Source: the human T2T-CHM13v2.0 reference genome, Homo sapiens. Taken from it: a DNA stretch of 64,000 nt. This document shows positions 15,956 through 30,592 of this stretch, piece by piece (the first letter of the stretch is position 1; the number at the start of each line of letters is the position of its first letter). The stretch lies in NCBI RefSeq assembly GCF_009914755.1, contig NC_060931.1; one strand, written 5' to 3'. The notes under the pieces were generated by a model. That model did no database searches and was not told the DNA's origin. It worked only from the letters and a program-made list of their open reading frames with translations. Both the position numbers and the translations under genes were made by a program.

Positions 15956-18299
15956 TAATATCATGCTGATATGTCAATGTCCACAGACTACCGACTACGA
16001 AGGTCAAAATTTAGCTGCTTTACATTTTCTCCCACTTCCGTCTCTTCACTCTGAGTTACAAAACCTATAATGCTATTTCAAGTCCTCTATAGATGTGTTT
16101 CATAACCACGTGGGAAAATTTTTTCATGTATAAATTTCTTGTTCCATTGATTCTAAATGCGCCTCTTGACTTGTCACTAGATAATATGGGAAAGAAGCAT
16201 GCTTAAAAGACTTTCTTCTCAATCCCAGCTTCCTACTCTTTCTCTTCCCTTTAAGTAATATTTGCAATATTTTTTTCACTTTAATAAAATCTCTCATCAA
16301 ATAATAAGTTGGTTTTTAAAATCAAAAACACATTTACAACATTCACTATTTCATTTTTTAATTTTTAATTTCTGTGGGTACATAGTAGGTATGTATATTT
16401 ATGGGACACATGACACATTTTGATACAGGCATGCATGAAATGATAAACACACCAGGGTAAATAGAGTATCCATCCCCTTAAGCATTTGTCCTTTCTTTGT
16501 GTTGCAAACAATCCAATTATACTCTTTTAGTTATTTAAAAATGCATAATAAAGTATTATTGACTGTAGTCACATTGTTATGCTATCAAATAGTAAATCTT
16601 ACTCTTTCTAACTCTATTTTTGTACCCATTAACCATCCCCCTCTGCCCACCCCCACCATCCACCACTACCCTTCCCAACCTCTGATAACCATTTTTCTAC
16701 TCCCTAGCTCCATGAATTGTTTAATTTTTGGCTCCCACAAATAAATGAGAACATGCCAAGTATGTCTTTCTGTGCCAAGTTTGTCTTTCTTAGATTATTT
16801 CACTTAACATAATGACCTCCAGTTTCATTCATGTTGTTGCAAATGACAAATCTCATTCATTTTTTTGTGGCTGAATAGTACTCCATTGTGTATACGTACC
16901 ATATTTTCTTTATCCATTCATCTGTTGATGGACACTAGGGTTGCTTCCAAATCTTGGGTATTGTAAACAGGTCTGCAACTAACAAAGGAGTGCAGGTGTC
17001 TGTTTGATACACTGATTTCCTTTCTTTTGGGTACATACCTAGCACTGGGATTACTGGATCATATGGTAACTCTGTTTTTAGTTTTCTGAGGAACTTCCAA
17101 ACTCTTCTCCATGGTGGTTGTACTAATTTGCATTTTTATCAACAGTGTATGAGGGTTTCCTTTTCTGCATATCATTGTCAGCATTTGTTATTGAATGTCT
17201 TTTGGATATGAGCCTTTTTAACTGGGGTGAGATGGTGTCTCATTATAGCTTTGATTTGCATTTTTCTGATGATCAATGATGTTGAGCACCTTTTCATATA
17301 CCTGTTTACCATTTGTATGTCTTCTTTTGAGAAATGTCTACTCAGATCTTTTGCCCATTTTTAATTGGATTATTAGATGTTTTCCTATAGAGTTGTTTGA
17401 GCTCCATATATATTCTGCTTGTTAATCCCTTGTCAGATGGATAGTTTGCAAATATTTACTCCATTCTGTGGGTTGTCTTTTAACTTTGTTGATTGTTTCC
17501 TTTGCTGTGCATTTTAACTCAATGTGATTCCAATTGTCCATTTTTGCTTTGGTTGCCTTTGCTAAATAGGGTATTACTCAAGAAATTTTTACCTAGTACA
17601 GTGTCCTGGAGAGTTTCCCCAATTTTTTTTTAAGTAGTTTCATTGTTTGAGGTCTTACATGTAGTCCTTTAATCCATTTTGATTTGATTTTTGTATATGG
17701 TGAGAGGGAAGGGTCTAGTTTTATTCTCCTGCATATGGATATCCAGTTTTCCCTTCAACATTTATTGAAGAGACTGTCCTTTCCCCAATATATGTTCTTG
17801 GCAATTTTGCTGAAGATGAGTTCACTGTAGGTATATGGATTTGTTTCTAGGTTCTCTATTCTGTTCCATTGCTCTATGTGTCTGTTTTTATGCCAGTACC
17901 ATGCTGTTTGGATTACTATAGTTCTGTAGTATAATTTGAAGTCAGATAATATGATTCATCCAGTTTTGTTCATTTTACTTAGAATAACTTTGGTTATTGT
18001 GGATCTTTTGTGATTCCATGTAAATTTTAGGATAGTTATTTCTATTTTTGTGAAGAATGTCATCAGTATTTTGATAGAGATTTCATTGAACCTGTAGACT
18101 GCTTTAGATAGTATGGAAATTTTAACAATATTGATTCTTATAATCCATTAACATAGAATATATTTTTATTTTTTATGTCTGCTTCCATTTCTTTCATCAA
18201 TCTTTTATAGTTTTCATTGTAGAGATCTTTTACTTCTTTAGTAAGGTTAATTCCTGGGTATTTTATTTTATTTGCAGTGATTATAAATTGAATTACTTT

Positions 18300-18545
18300 C
18301 TTTTTTTAAATTTTATTATTATTATACTTTAAGTTTTAGGGTACATGTGCACAACGTGCAGGTTTGTTACATATGTATACATGTGCCATGCTGGTGTGTT
18401 GCACCCATCAACCCGTCATTTAGCATTAGGTATATCTCCTAACGCTATCCCTCCCCCCTCCCCCCACCCCACAACAGTCCCCGGTGTGTGATGTTCCCCT
18501 TCCTGTGTCCATGTGCTCTCATTGTTCAATTCCCACCTATGAGTG
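18300..18545 (-). mobile_element. L1PA (L1PA3/4-like) 3' fragment inside the old L1
   Basis: Reverse-complement primate L1 3' UTR with a T-rich tail. Confidence 0.9.
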
Positions 18546-18778
18546 TTTTCAGATTGTTCACTGCTGGCATATAGAAATACTACTGATTTTTGTAGGTTGA
18601 TTTTTGTAACCTGCAACTTTGCTGAATTTTTTTATCAGTTCTAATTTTTTTTAGTGAAATCCTTAGGTTTTTCCAAATATAAGATCATATTATCTGCAAA
18701 CAAGGATAATATGGGCAGGTCGAGAAATATCATCCAAGAACCAAGGCCTAGAATTGGGGACCCCAAGAGCCCACTTAG

Positions 18779-19164
<386 letters not shown>

Positions 19165-20492
19165 TACTTCTCCTTTTCTTAAGCAGAAGAAGTCTCTCCC
19201 TGTAGCCCCACAGCTGGGAATGTCCTGGGTCACACCTGAAGCCAGCCTGTCTCTGAGTCTTACCCAAGACCCTGAGCAAGTACTGCCTGAGTACCACTGC
19301 TACTGATTATTTAGGGCCCAAGGGCTCCTTAGTCAGCAGGTGAGGAATCCTGCCAGATTGGGTTTTTCCATTCAAGGCAGGCACAGGGTATGTTTAGAAA
19401 TGTCATCCCAGAGCTAGGACCTGGAATGAGGGCCTCATGACTCTTCCTGGTGCTCTATTCTACTGTGGCTGAGCTGGTATCCAAGTTGCAAGACAATTTC
19501 CTCTTTTCTCTTCCCTCTCCTCTCCTCAAGCAGAGGGAAAGAGTCTCTCCTAGAGCTGCAAGCTGTGCTGCCTTGGGTTTGTGAAGAGGTGATGCAAGCA
19601 CTCCCTTGGCCACCCCAGCTGCTGTCTCACTAGGTTGTGTGTCCCCCAAGTGTACTGGCTCTGAGCCAAGAACAGCACCAAGACTTGCGCAGGAATTGCA
19701 GTTCTTGCGGCCTAGACTGCCTTTCAAGTTATTTTAGGACCCCAGACCACTTTAGCCCACAGTGGTGAGGCTTGCTGGAGCTCAGGTTCCCACTGCTGGG
19801 ATATGCAGTTCCCGAATGGCTAGGGCTGGTCTCAGTGCTCCGTCCGTGGGAATTGACTGAGTTCTGCCTAGCGTTGCTTTACTCTGTGACAAAGCAACAC
19901 TGAGTTTCAATGCAAAGTCCCACAGTCACTGCATTCTCCCTGCCCCAAGCAAGCAGATTCTCTGCCACACAACTGCTGCCAGGGGATGAGGAAGGGGAAA
20001 CTCAAGACTGTCTTTCCCACTCTCTTCAGTGCTACTTCAGTGATATGAAGTCAAAACCAGATACTGTGATCATTAATCTGATTTTTGGTTCTTTACGAGC
20101 TGCTTTTTCCTGTGAATAGTTGTTCAATTGGTGTTCCTATAGAGAGGATGATCAGTGAAGGCTTTTATTTGGCCATCTTGCTCTGCCTCCTTTCAAAATT
20201 CACAATTTTATACTTAAACAAATATTTCTGTTGTAAATCTGAAGCCATAGAGAGAGGAAAAAATATATAATCCTGTGTAACTGAACAACTTTTCTTGAGG
20301 CATTCCAGTCAAGTGGACTTTTCTTAAAATTCATTAATAGTTACAATTGGTCTATTGATATTGGGACCATGACTTACTTAAATAAATTGGGTTTTCTCAA
20401 TAATTTTATTGGATTATTTCTACTTGAAATAAACTGTCCTTGTTACAGACAAAATGAATGCCTGCACAAAATATGCCAAAATAATATATGTA

Positions 20493-20824
20493 TAGTAGTT
20501 CCCCTTATCTACAGAGTATCCATTCCAAGAACCCCAGTGGATGCCTGAAACCATGGATAGTGCTGAATCCTACTTATACTATGGGGTTTTATTGCACATG
20601 TATACCTACGATAAAATTTAACTTATAAATTAGGTGCAGTCAGAAATTAATAATGATAACTAGAAATAAAGGAGAAAAATTATACCAATATACTGTAACA
20701 AAAGTTACATGAATGTGTTATCTCTCACTCTCTTTCAAAATAATCTCAATATTTCTAGACCATGGTCAACTGATGGTAACTGAAACTGTGGAAAGCAAAA
20801 CCATGGGTAAGGAGGGGCCTACTG
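20493..20824 (-). mobile_element. MER44-type Tigger (TcMar) non-autonomous DNA element
   Basis: Terminal inverted repeats (tagtagttcccctt... / ...aggggcctactg) flanked by TA; ~330 bp. Confidence 0.8.
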
Positions 20825-20990
20825 TAAGTAAGTTTAGAAAGGTTACAGAATGCAAGGTCTATTTACACATATTAATTGCATTTCTATGTACTAGCAACAC
20901 ACAGTTGAAAAATTTTTGAAAATACAAATTTTATTAGTCAGCTTGAGCTGTCAACAAAATATGCAGACTGGGTGATTTAGAAAACAGAAA

Positions 20991-22027
20991 TGCAACAAAA
21001 GCCAAAATTGGCAAGTGGGATCTAATTAAACTAAAGAGCTTCTGCACAACAAAAGAAACTATCTTCAAGAGTGAACAGGCAACCTACAGAATGGGAGAAA
21101 ATTTTTGCAATCTATCCATCTGACAAAGGGCTAATATCCAGAACCTACAAAAAACTTAAACAAATTTACAAGAAAAAAACAACTCTATCAAAAAGTGGGC
21201 AAAGGATATGAACAGACACTTTTCAAAAGAAGACATTTATGTGACCAAGAAACATATGAAAAAAAGTTCATCATCACAGGTCATTAAAGAAATGCAAATC
21301 AAAACCACAATGAGATACTATCTCACTGCAGTTAGAATGATGATTATTAAAAAGTCAGGAAACAACAGATGCTGGAGAGGATGTGGAGAAATAGGAACAC
21401 TTTTGCACTGTTGGTGGGAATGTAAATGAGTTCAACCATTATGGAAGACAGTGTGTTGATTCCTCAAGGATCTAGAACTAGAAATACCATTTGACCCAGC
21501 CATCCCATTACTGGGTATATACCCAAAGGGTTATAAATCATTCTACTATAAGGACACATGCACTTGTATGTTTATTGCAGGACTATTCACAATAGCAAAG
21601 ACTTGGAACCAACCCAAATGCCCATCAATGTTAGACTGGATAAAAAAATGTGGCACATATATACCATGGAATACTATGCAGTCATAAAAAAAATGAGTTC
21701 ATGTCCTTTGCAGGGACATGGATGAAGCTGTAAACTATCATTCTCAGCAAACTAACACAGGAACAAGAAAACAAATACTGCATGTTCTCACTCATAAGTG
21801 GGAGTTGAACAAGGAGAACATATGGGCACAGGGAGGGGAACATCACACACTGGGGCCTGTCGAGGGGTGGGGGGCAAGGGAAGGGATAGCATTAGGAGAA
21901 ATATCTAATGTAGATGATGGGTTGATGGGTGTGGCAAACCACCATGGCACATGTATACCTATATAACACACCTGCACATTCTGCACATGTATCCCAGAAC
22001 TTAAAGTGTACTAAAAAAATAAATAAA
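20991..22027 (+). mobile_element. L1PA (L1PA7-like) 3' ~1 kb
   Basis: ORF2 C-terminus (ORF 21208-21429), 3' UTR and A-rich tail. Confidence 0.92.
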
Positions 22028-22930
22028 TGCAGAATTTCATTTCTCACACTTCTGGAGGCTGGAAGTCCAAGATCAAGGTGTCAGCAGGGTTGGTTTATGG
22101 TGAAGTCTCCCTTCCTGGCCTGCAGACCTCACCTTCTTGCTGTATCCTCTCCCTGCTTTTTCTCTGTGAGTGCACATATGTGTGCCTGAAGAGAGGAAAA
22201 TAGAGCTCTTGTTTCTCTTCCTCTTTTTTAAGTACAGTAGTCCTACCAGATTAGAGCTTCACCCTCTGATCTCATTTAACTTCAGTTTCTTCCTTAAAGG
22301 CGCTATCTCCAAATAGAATCACATTGGGGGTTAGGGTGTCAACATATGGATTTGTTGGTACGTACAATTCAGTACATAATACCAGTGCACGTGGACGTCT
22401 TTGGGATGGCCCTGTCTTACCTAACACAGTCTGTTCTCTGACCCGCAAAGATTCACATCCTTCTCATATATAAAGCACATTCATTCACTCTACCCCAAGG
22501 TCCCCAGAAATCTCAACCTATTATAGTATCAACTCAAAGTCTGTGATCTCATCAGTTCAGAACTCCCAAATTTTAACACTGAAATCATCTGAATGAGTTT
22601 TGAGTAGGCCTCAGGGCATACTCCACCCAAAGCACAATTCATCTGTACTGTGGCTCTGAGAAACTGGAGAGGTAAACACAGTAGTGGGACGGGTATAGGA
22701 TGACAGTTATAGACATTCTTGTTCAAAAAGGGAGAAAAAGGAGTCACTAGTTCCAAACAACTTCTAAATTCAGTTGGGGAAACTGCATTAGGTTTATAGG
22801 CTTGGGAATAGTATCCTAGGGCTCTCAGGTCTGCCCTCTGGGAGTCATCTTTCTTCTTCATGAATGGCAGCTTGAGATTGTAGCTGAGTAGTTTTATAAG
22901 CATGTTTTCTGCCTGAGAATTTTGGGGGTC

Positions 22931-23312
22931 TGATATGGTTTGGCTCTGTGTTCCCACCCAAATCTCATGTCAAATTGTAATCCTAACGTGTTGAATGAGA
23001 GGCTGGTGGGAGGTGATTGGATCATGGGGCTGGTTTCTAATGGTTCAGCACCATCCCCCTAGTGCTGTCTTGTGATAGAGTTCTCACAAGATCTGGTTGT
23101 TTAAAAGTGCGTAGCACCTCCCTCTTTGCTTTCTTTCTCTCCTGTCACCATGTCACAAAGGGTGCTTGCTTCCCCTTTTCCTTCTACCATGATTGTAAGT
23201 TTCCTGAGGCCTCCCCAGCCATGCAGAACTGTGAGTCAATTAAACCTCGTTTCATTATAAATTACCCAGTCTCAGGTAGTTCTTTACAGCAGTGTGAGAA
23301 TGGGCTAATACA
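22931..23312 (+). mobile_element. MST (MSTA-like) solo LTR
   Basis: tgatatgg...ctaataca termini; TSD gggtc/gcgtc. Confidence 0.88.
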
Positions 23313-23689
23313 GCGTCCAACAGCCTTTATTTGTTTCATACTCCCTCTCTCCTTTTCAGTCCAAGCTGGCAATGTTTCTACAGATATAAATTCTTAAGAA
23401 TCTGCGGATCTTCTATGTATGTCATGGGAATTCATTCCATTAGACAAGTGGCTCTTCCTAGGATTCTTCTAGATACTTTCATCTCTATGTTTGCCTTCTG
23501 CTGAGAGAGGTTTGGGGTCTGTGAATCACACATTTAAGCTCTTCAAAGGGCCTTTTGTGTGACTGAATACTTACCTTTTGATCTTTCAAGGTATTAGCAA
23601 AGGTTTTTCAGCCATGCTCTCAGGATGGCAGTATCTTTCTCGACAGTGAATCTCTTAATTTCAGCATTTTTTATAATCTGAATAAAGTG

Positions 23690-24150
23690 ACACATTTCTC
23701 CAAAGAAGATATAAAAATAACCAGTCAGTGCATGAAAAGATGCTCAACATCATTAGCTTGTAATATTATTCATCTATAAAAAGGAATGAAGTAGTGGTAC
23801 ATTCTGTACGTATTACAACATGGATGAACTTTGAAAACACAATACTATCTGAAATAAGCCAGTCACAACAAAATGCATATTGTATGATTCCATCTACATT
23901 AAATGTCCAGAATAGCCAAATGTTTAGAGACAGAAAGAAGATTTTTGGTTGCGAAGAGCTGAAGAGAGATGTGGGAGAATAGAGAGTGGCTGCTAATTGT
24001 TATGCTAATCTTTTGGGGGTAATAAAAATGTTCCAAATTTAGGTCAGTAATGGTGCACAACTCTGAACGTACTAAAACCATTGTGTTGTAGACTTTAAAT
24101 GGCTAAGTTTTATGGTATGTGAATTTTATCTCTAATAAAGGTGTCAAGAA
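23690..24150 (+). mobile_element. L1M 3' fragments
   Basis: Similar to the old L1 at 4620-5770 (catttctccaaagaaga; gtgaattttatctc). Confidence 0.75.
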
Positions 24151-26535
24151 AGGAATAAACTAGGTAGGGAAACATATCAACCTATCCGCATATAATCATG
24201 TGAAGTCACAGGTGCCTAATGCGGTAACTCACTAAAGAAAACAGGCTGCTGAATATATTTTAAGGTTTCAGTTTATTTCCTGGATCTAAAAGAATGGAGG
24301 TAAGGACATGAAGAGGGAATGTATACCTTTGATGTATTTGATTTAGAAGCTTAAAATAAAGCATAACTACAATTTCTTAGTTCATAAGATGTGCTGAATA
24401 ATGCTGATGACTTAGTTTCTACCATTTCAATAAAAAGTATTATGTGACTAATTTTGATGTTATGCTACTAGTTTTCTTAGACTATTTGAAGACATGTGAA
24501 TTTGTAAGGAGAAGCTTTTAAGATAAATTAGTATCTCTGTGAGACTTTTTATAGACATAAGTCTGGAGTATAACCATAAATAATATACTTTAGTAACACA
24601 AAGACTGCATTACAAAAAAGTAAGCGAAAATACAAGCAAAGGCACAGATTTTTAAAACAAATGCTCTCTTCATTCAAAAGAAATGAACTGAACATCTGTT
24701 TGCTGGGCCCCTTAGAGACATGAAGTTGCGATTCCTAACTAAAACAGAAAAGGAAAATATCAAGCTAGTATGGGAAATAGACTTGAAAGCAAATAACTAG
24801 TTCATTGATAGTAGCTCCTGGTAGCAGAAAAGAAAGCATGATCAACTTTGAGAAAGTAAAACACACACACACACATTGTAAAGAGGTACTGACTGTACAT
24901 TTTCTTGTAGCTCCTCTAGCATCACTCAGGTAAGATTATTTAATGCAATTCTCATCCCAACAATAGTTATTTTGTTTCTTACATTTGGGGTTGGATGACT
25001 CTAGAGAGATTTCTTCAGAGAAATATGTTTTTATGTATTTTGAGTAAATCTCACTTTTGTAAAGAGAGAGAGTGTTCCCCTGACTCACAGCTGCTGCCAC
25101 GGCTTCCTTCCGTCTCTAGGGTTTTTGTGTATGGATGAGATGTTACCATCTCAGCTCTGACCTATGGATTCATATGGTGAACAATCTGCCAGTGGGACAG
25201 TTTAATTCAGGAATAGGTCAAAATCCCCAAGGTTCATATGGTGATTTGCAGACGTGCTACCTGGTTTTAAATTTCATTGTTTCTAATCTCTTGATGGTAC
25301 AGCATGATATAAATTTATTCTTTCATTATGATAAGAATCTACCGAGGAAATAGGAGTAGCACCTGCAACACATAGCATGGATTCTACCTCTTTTACTTTA
25401 AGAAAAAAGAAAGAAATATAATTGGAAGTCTTGTTCAAGCATCTGCAGTGCCTGACTCAGGGCACTCAATCAATAAATATGCTGGCAGAACTAAATGATG
25501 TGTTTCCTGCATTCTCATTGAGCTTTTTCCTTGTTACTAAGCAGCATCTGTGTTAGGTCCATCGCTGACGGAACAGGCTGCAGTGGTTTATTTTTAAGCA
25601 AAAGTGATCTCATTGGAATTTGTGAATTAATGGTACCGACGTTGGAAAATGGACAGCTTCTTTGATTTCCACCTGTTTTTGTGAAGTGTTGGTAAGGAAG
25701 CAAACAAATAGTATCCATTTTGTAGGAATAACATACAAATTGTTCTAAATACAAAGACTGCTTTACTCTGAGCCTCAGCTTGGGGGTCTGTCTCCCCTGT
25801 GAAGCTAGCCCTCCATAACCCTTGTCTCCTTTGAGTTTTGAAAACACCTAGTGCTTGACATCTGCCAACCGATTCCTCACACATCTTTGGAGGAGTCATT
25901 TCACCTCTCAGCAGCTCAGTAGCTCAATGTAACTTTCCTTCCTCCTCATTATGGTGGGGATCAGGAGAGATAATAAATATCATTGCACTCGGAAGACTAT
26001 AAAGCACTTTAGAGTTGTCAGTTATTCCAAATTGCTCACAAAAGCAGAATCTCACAGAAAGTCTTGGACTCTTCTGGGTAGATTTTCTTTGTTACCAAGC
26101 TGAGTTTGTCAGTAGCTTACCTCTACCTGCAGGGATTGCATGCCCCTCCAGCAGCTATGCTCGGGTGATGGGATTTATTTCTAGTTTTCTGGTATTTAAA
26201 ATATTTAGAGAAGGAGTTCCAAAGGGTTCTCCAGGAATTTTACTATTTAACAAATATCTGAGGAAGGGAAAGGAGGCTGAGAAATTTGCATTACACATTG
26301 GCCACCGTAAAGAGTAACTACATCACTGCAGATTTCAGCATGCCTTTACATGCTGGTGAGCTAACCAGGCCAAGTCAATTTGAAGTGCCATGGAGTTTTC
26401 TATAGTATATCAAGCTAAAGGGCTGGAAGGAACTTTATTTTTCAGTGAACCCTGAATTGCCTTTGGGATGAAATCCAAACAGTGAAAGCCACTGCCCCTT
26501 CTTGCATCGCCACCTTTATGTTGCCTTCCAGTTTA

Positions 26536-26967
<432 letters not shown>

Positions 26968-27379
26968 TCACATACCTGGATTGAAAGGGAAGACATCCTC
27001 ATAAGAAGGAACAGGTAAAAACCTATGGCAGGAGGGAAGGCCAAATTTCCATCATCCTCAAGTCATAGAGACTGAAGTCAGGCACAACAGGAGGGCTTGG
27101 AAGGTTGGTTTTCATGAGAGACCAGGGGTACATGGAGTCCCTGCCTGAAAACTGGGTTCATGGTCAGAAGGCCTCAGATCACATCACCCATTTGGGGGAA
27201 AGGGCTCCAGCCTAAATGACCACCAAGACTTAGTTTAGAGCTGTTACCTAGACAGAATCTCAAAACTGCCTGAGGACCACCCAACCAGGGGCCTCTCAAG
27301 ACCCAGAACACTTGTAAGACAGAAGCTTACAACCAAGAACCACAAAGCATCTTCAGAAAACATCCCCCCATAAAGCAGA

Positions 27380-27930
27380 AACCAACCCAACACACATGAA
27401 AACCAAAATCCAAAGAAATTTAAATCAATAGGGAAAAGAGAAAATGACATTTTAGATTTTTGAAATAACTATCACTATGCTAAAGAAGCATGAAACTATA
27501 AAATATGAGTAGATGATCTTGAAAAAAGTTATTTAGATATATTAGATATTAAAATGTAATTATTTTAAATTTAAGTCCTTAGTTGGGTAATAGAACAGTC
27601 TAGGTGTATTAAAATATTGACAAGTAGGAGATTGAACTGAAGAAATCATCCAAATACTCCCAAAGTCAAAAAGGAAAAACTTAAGAAAAAGCCCGAGGTG
27701 TGGGGATTGACCTAGAAGCTCCAGCACAGTCCAGATGGGATTCTGGAAGGAGGGGATCAAATGCTGCAGGAGCCATATTGTATGAGATAATTACTGGTAG
27801 TATTCCTGATGTGAAGAAAAATAGTCTTTAAGCTGAAAATATTACTGACTGTTAAGCAGAATTTTTAAAGAAAATCCACAAGTGGACATTTTTTCTAATG
27901 GAATTTCAGAATATCAAATACAATGAGAGA
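27380..27930 (+). mobile_element. Ancient L1 ORF1-region remnant
   Basis: A-rich, with motifs such as ctgaagaaatcatcca resembling L1M ORF1; very decayed. Confidence 0.45.
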
Positions 27931-29013
27931 ATCTCCCTTCCCCTCTAGGATTTCCTGTTCACATTGTCTGCCACGCCAATGCCAACACACACAATCTCTT
28001 GAAAATACTGCATCCACCGACAACTTTCTGCCCTTATGAGCCTTCCTAGCTTGAATGTTTTTCTCTCTCCTTTATCTTGGCTAGCAGCCTCTTTCCTTCA
28101 GCAAGTCCTCCTGGAATCCCTCCCACTTTCTTATTTAATAGTCTGCTTCCATATTAGCAGGACAAGCCCTGTTCCTCTCAGCCCCGTCCCTGCTATGTTC
28201 TGATCATTCATTCTGCTTTGGTTCCACTGCTCTGTGAGCTTGTATAAGGCCTTTCTCTTCTTCAGGGCTCAGCGTGGTTTGTGGAATGTGGCAGTCTCCT
28301 GTGCCTGTCATTATCTCAGATGATTTTGGGAATGAATCAAATGATAAACCAATGAATTAGATATCAGTTGAATGTGCAAATGAGCCATCTAGGTACAGAG
28401 AGGCCAGCAGTGAGTTTCTTAAGGAGACAGAGCTAATTAAGGACAGAGTCATGTCCTGGCTTGAATGGAGCAATTTTGATAGCATATATCATAATGCCTC
28501 CACCACATACTTTCCCTATATAGAAGTCTTAAGTGTTTTAAAAATATCTTTAAAAAACAAATAAAATTACAGTTTTTAAAATAAAATACATGTATAGAAA
28601 GAAAGATTTTCAGAAAGTGAATACATTGCCTTTTCATCTTTTATTTCCAACGTTTGTTTAAATGGCAGTCTTACATGTTTTTTCTTATGAGGCACATAGA
28701 TACCTTAAGTTGCATGGCTAGAATCATTCTTGAATAGTGAAGTTTAATCAGATAAAATGTAAATTTCAACATGATTATTATTTTCTGACCACGTACTTAA
28801 GAATGTCTCAGGAAGTTTTAGACTTCTTAATTGCAAGATCAGAGTGTAACTTTATTAGATTAATGTCTAGTAATTTTTAAAATTCTCATTTATTGTCGTG
28901 TATATGGAAGTGTGTCATGTTTGAAGCCATGTGCCTTTTCCTGAGGCTGCTTCAGCCACACCTAGAAAGCTCCTAGAGCGAAGAAAGAACTTGGTTTGGT
29001 TTAATGCACTATG

Positions 29014-29034
29014 TTCAGCGCCCGGGATAGCTCC
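29014..29034 (+). promoter_or_regulatory. Candidate RE1/NRSE (REST site)
   Basis: TTCAGCGCCCGGGATAGCTCC compared with consensus TTCAGCACCnnGGACAGCGCC, with canonical spacing. Confidence 0.55.
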
Positions 29035-30592
29035 ATATACAGTCATGTTTCACAATAAGGCCACCTTGAGTCACAGCATTCTGTAATTTTCAAAAGACTG
29101 CTACACACAGTAACCCTATTTGATATTCAAGAGATCAGTCAATGCACAAAGGAATACATGACTTTTCTGACAATTTCAGTAATTTGTCAACAACCAGACC
29201 CAAAAGGAAGAAACCAAAAGTGACGTAATAAAACCCATGCAATGCACTGGGGTCCTAGAAGCTTTGAAAATTTTATTTAGAGATTATTTATTCCTATTTG
29301 TTTATGTAATCCTAACAGAATTTCTTTCTGTTTTTCTAACCTGCCACAGAGTTTAAAACACAAAATTAAAAGAGGCAAATGGTTCTGTCAAGGTCAAGAA
29401 CAACAGTCCAAAAAGCGTAACAGCCAGAAATTGAAACAAGAAACAGACATACCACCAGACATTGAAATACAAAAACACACAGCTCTAGAGCCACTGAATG
29501 TGGAATGCACACAGACATATGCACCTCAGTTAGCACCAAGATCACCCCACATAGCAGCACAACAGGAAACTGTTGAAATGAGAAAACTGGGAGTCTTTGA
29601 AAAAAATGTGCAATGATATTTAGCATCTTCTATTTAAGAGGGCAGGGAAGTAAATAAGCATCCTAGGTAGATAATGTCCATCAGATGTGGTCAAGTCAAT
29701 ATACAGAGGAGTTTCTTATTAGTATCACAGAAGTGAAGGTGGTGGAATGGACTGGCCTGTAGGCTCACAGGTCAGGCATGCTGACAGCCCTGTGTCTTTT
29801 CAAAGTCAATAAGTGGATTTTTGTGCCTCTAATGGAGAGAGCCTCTTCTGAGGAGGAGCAAAAACTCTAGAAGCTTTGATCTCTGGAAATACAGGATAAA
29901 AGCTCTCAGATTTTTAAAGTCTCACCCACTGACGCCATTAACTAAACATCTCATCTTGGGATGAACATTAGCTGAGTGTGTTCACAGGCTTATCCCAAGT
30001 GCTTTCTCCTAAGCCTTGTAACAGAGATGCGGCAAGGCAGAATCTGGTAGTCTGTGTACAGATAATTGGGGTTTGATCCTGTCTGAGCAAGAACTAACCC
30101 ACAACCCAGAGACAGCCAGGGACAAGTGAAGCTTATGGAGAATGAAGACCTAAGGAATATTTCCTGTGTCTTTGAATTCTCAGCAGCTAAAATGCTGCAC
30201 TTAATGAATGCTTCATGATTGACCAATTACATCATATGACTGAGGTCCATTCTGGATATCCGTATCTTCCTCTCGACTATTCCCACCCTATTGTTCATAA
30301 ATCAATCCTGAAAGAATTATTTACCTCTGTGCTGAGAAATATGATCACTTACATGCTGCAGGTGTGGGTGAGAAGGCGTGATGCCGTTCTACTGAATCAT
30401 GATTTCCTTAGCATAGGTTTTGATAGTTTAATTAAAAACAGAATGCAAGACTGGCTTTTATCCCCATTCACTTATGGACGTCATGTGTGTTCCCATCCAT
30501 ACTATTTATAAATGACAATCAGAATGTTTATGGTCCTCTCATTTTACTAATTATGAAACAAGCTTAACTCTTTGCTTTTTATTTTTTTCTAG

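Larger units (their letters stand above)
20930..23690 (-). mobile_element. MLT1A-type LTR with adjoining MaLR internal sequence, interrupted by L1PA and MST LTR
   Basis: Reverse MLT1 motifs (ttctggaggctggaagtccaagatcaaggtg) at 20930-20990 and 22028-22383; internal-like sequence continues around the MST insertion. Confidence 0.65.

Noticed and set aside
18700-18725. Old L1 internal deletion as a spliced L1 retrocopy
   Set aside because: The ORF2-side breakpoint is not preceded by an acceptor AG in the L1 consensus as I recall it (gtcaa|attatcc), so a DNA-level deletion is more likely.
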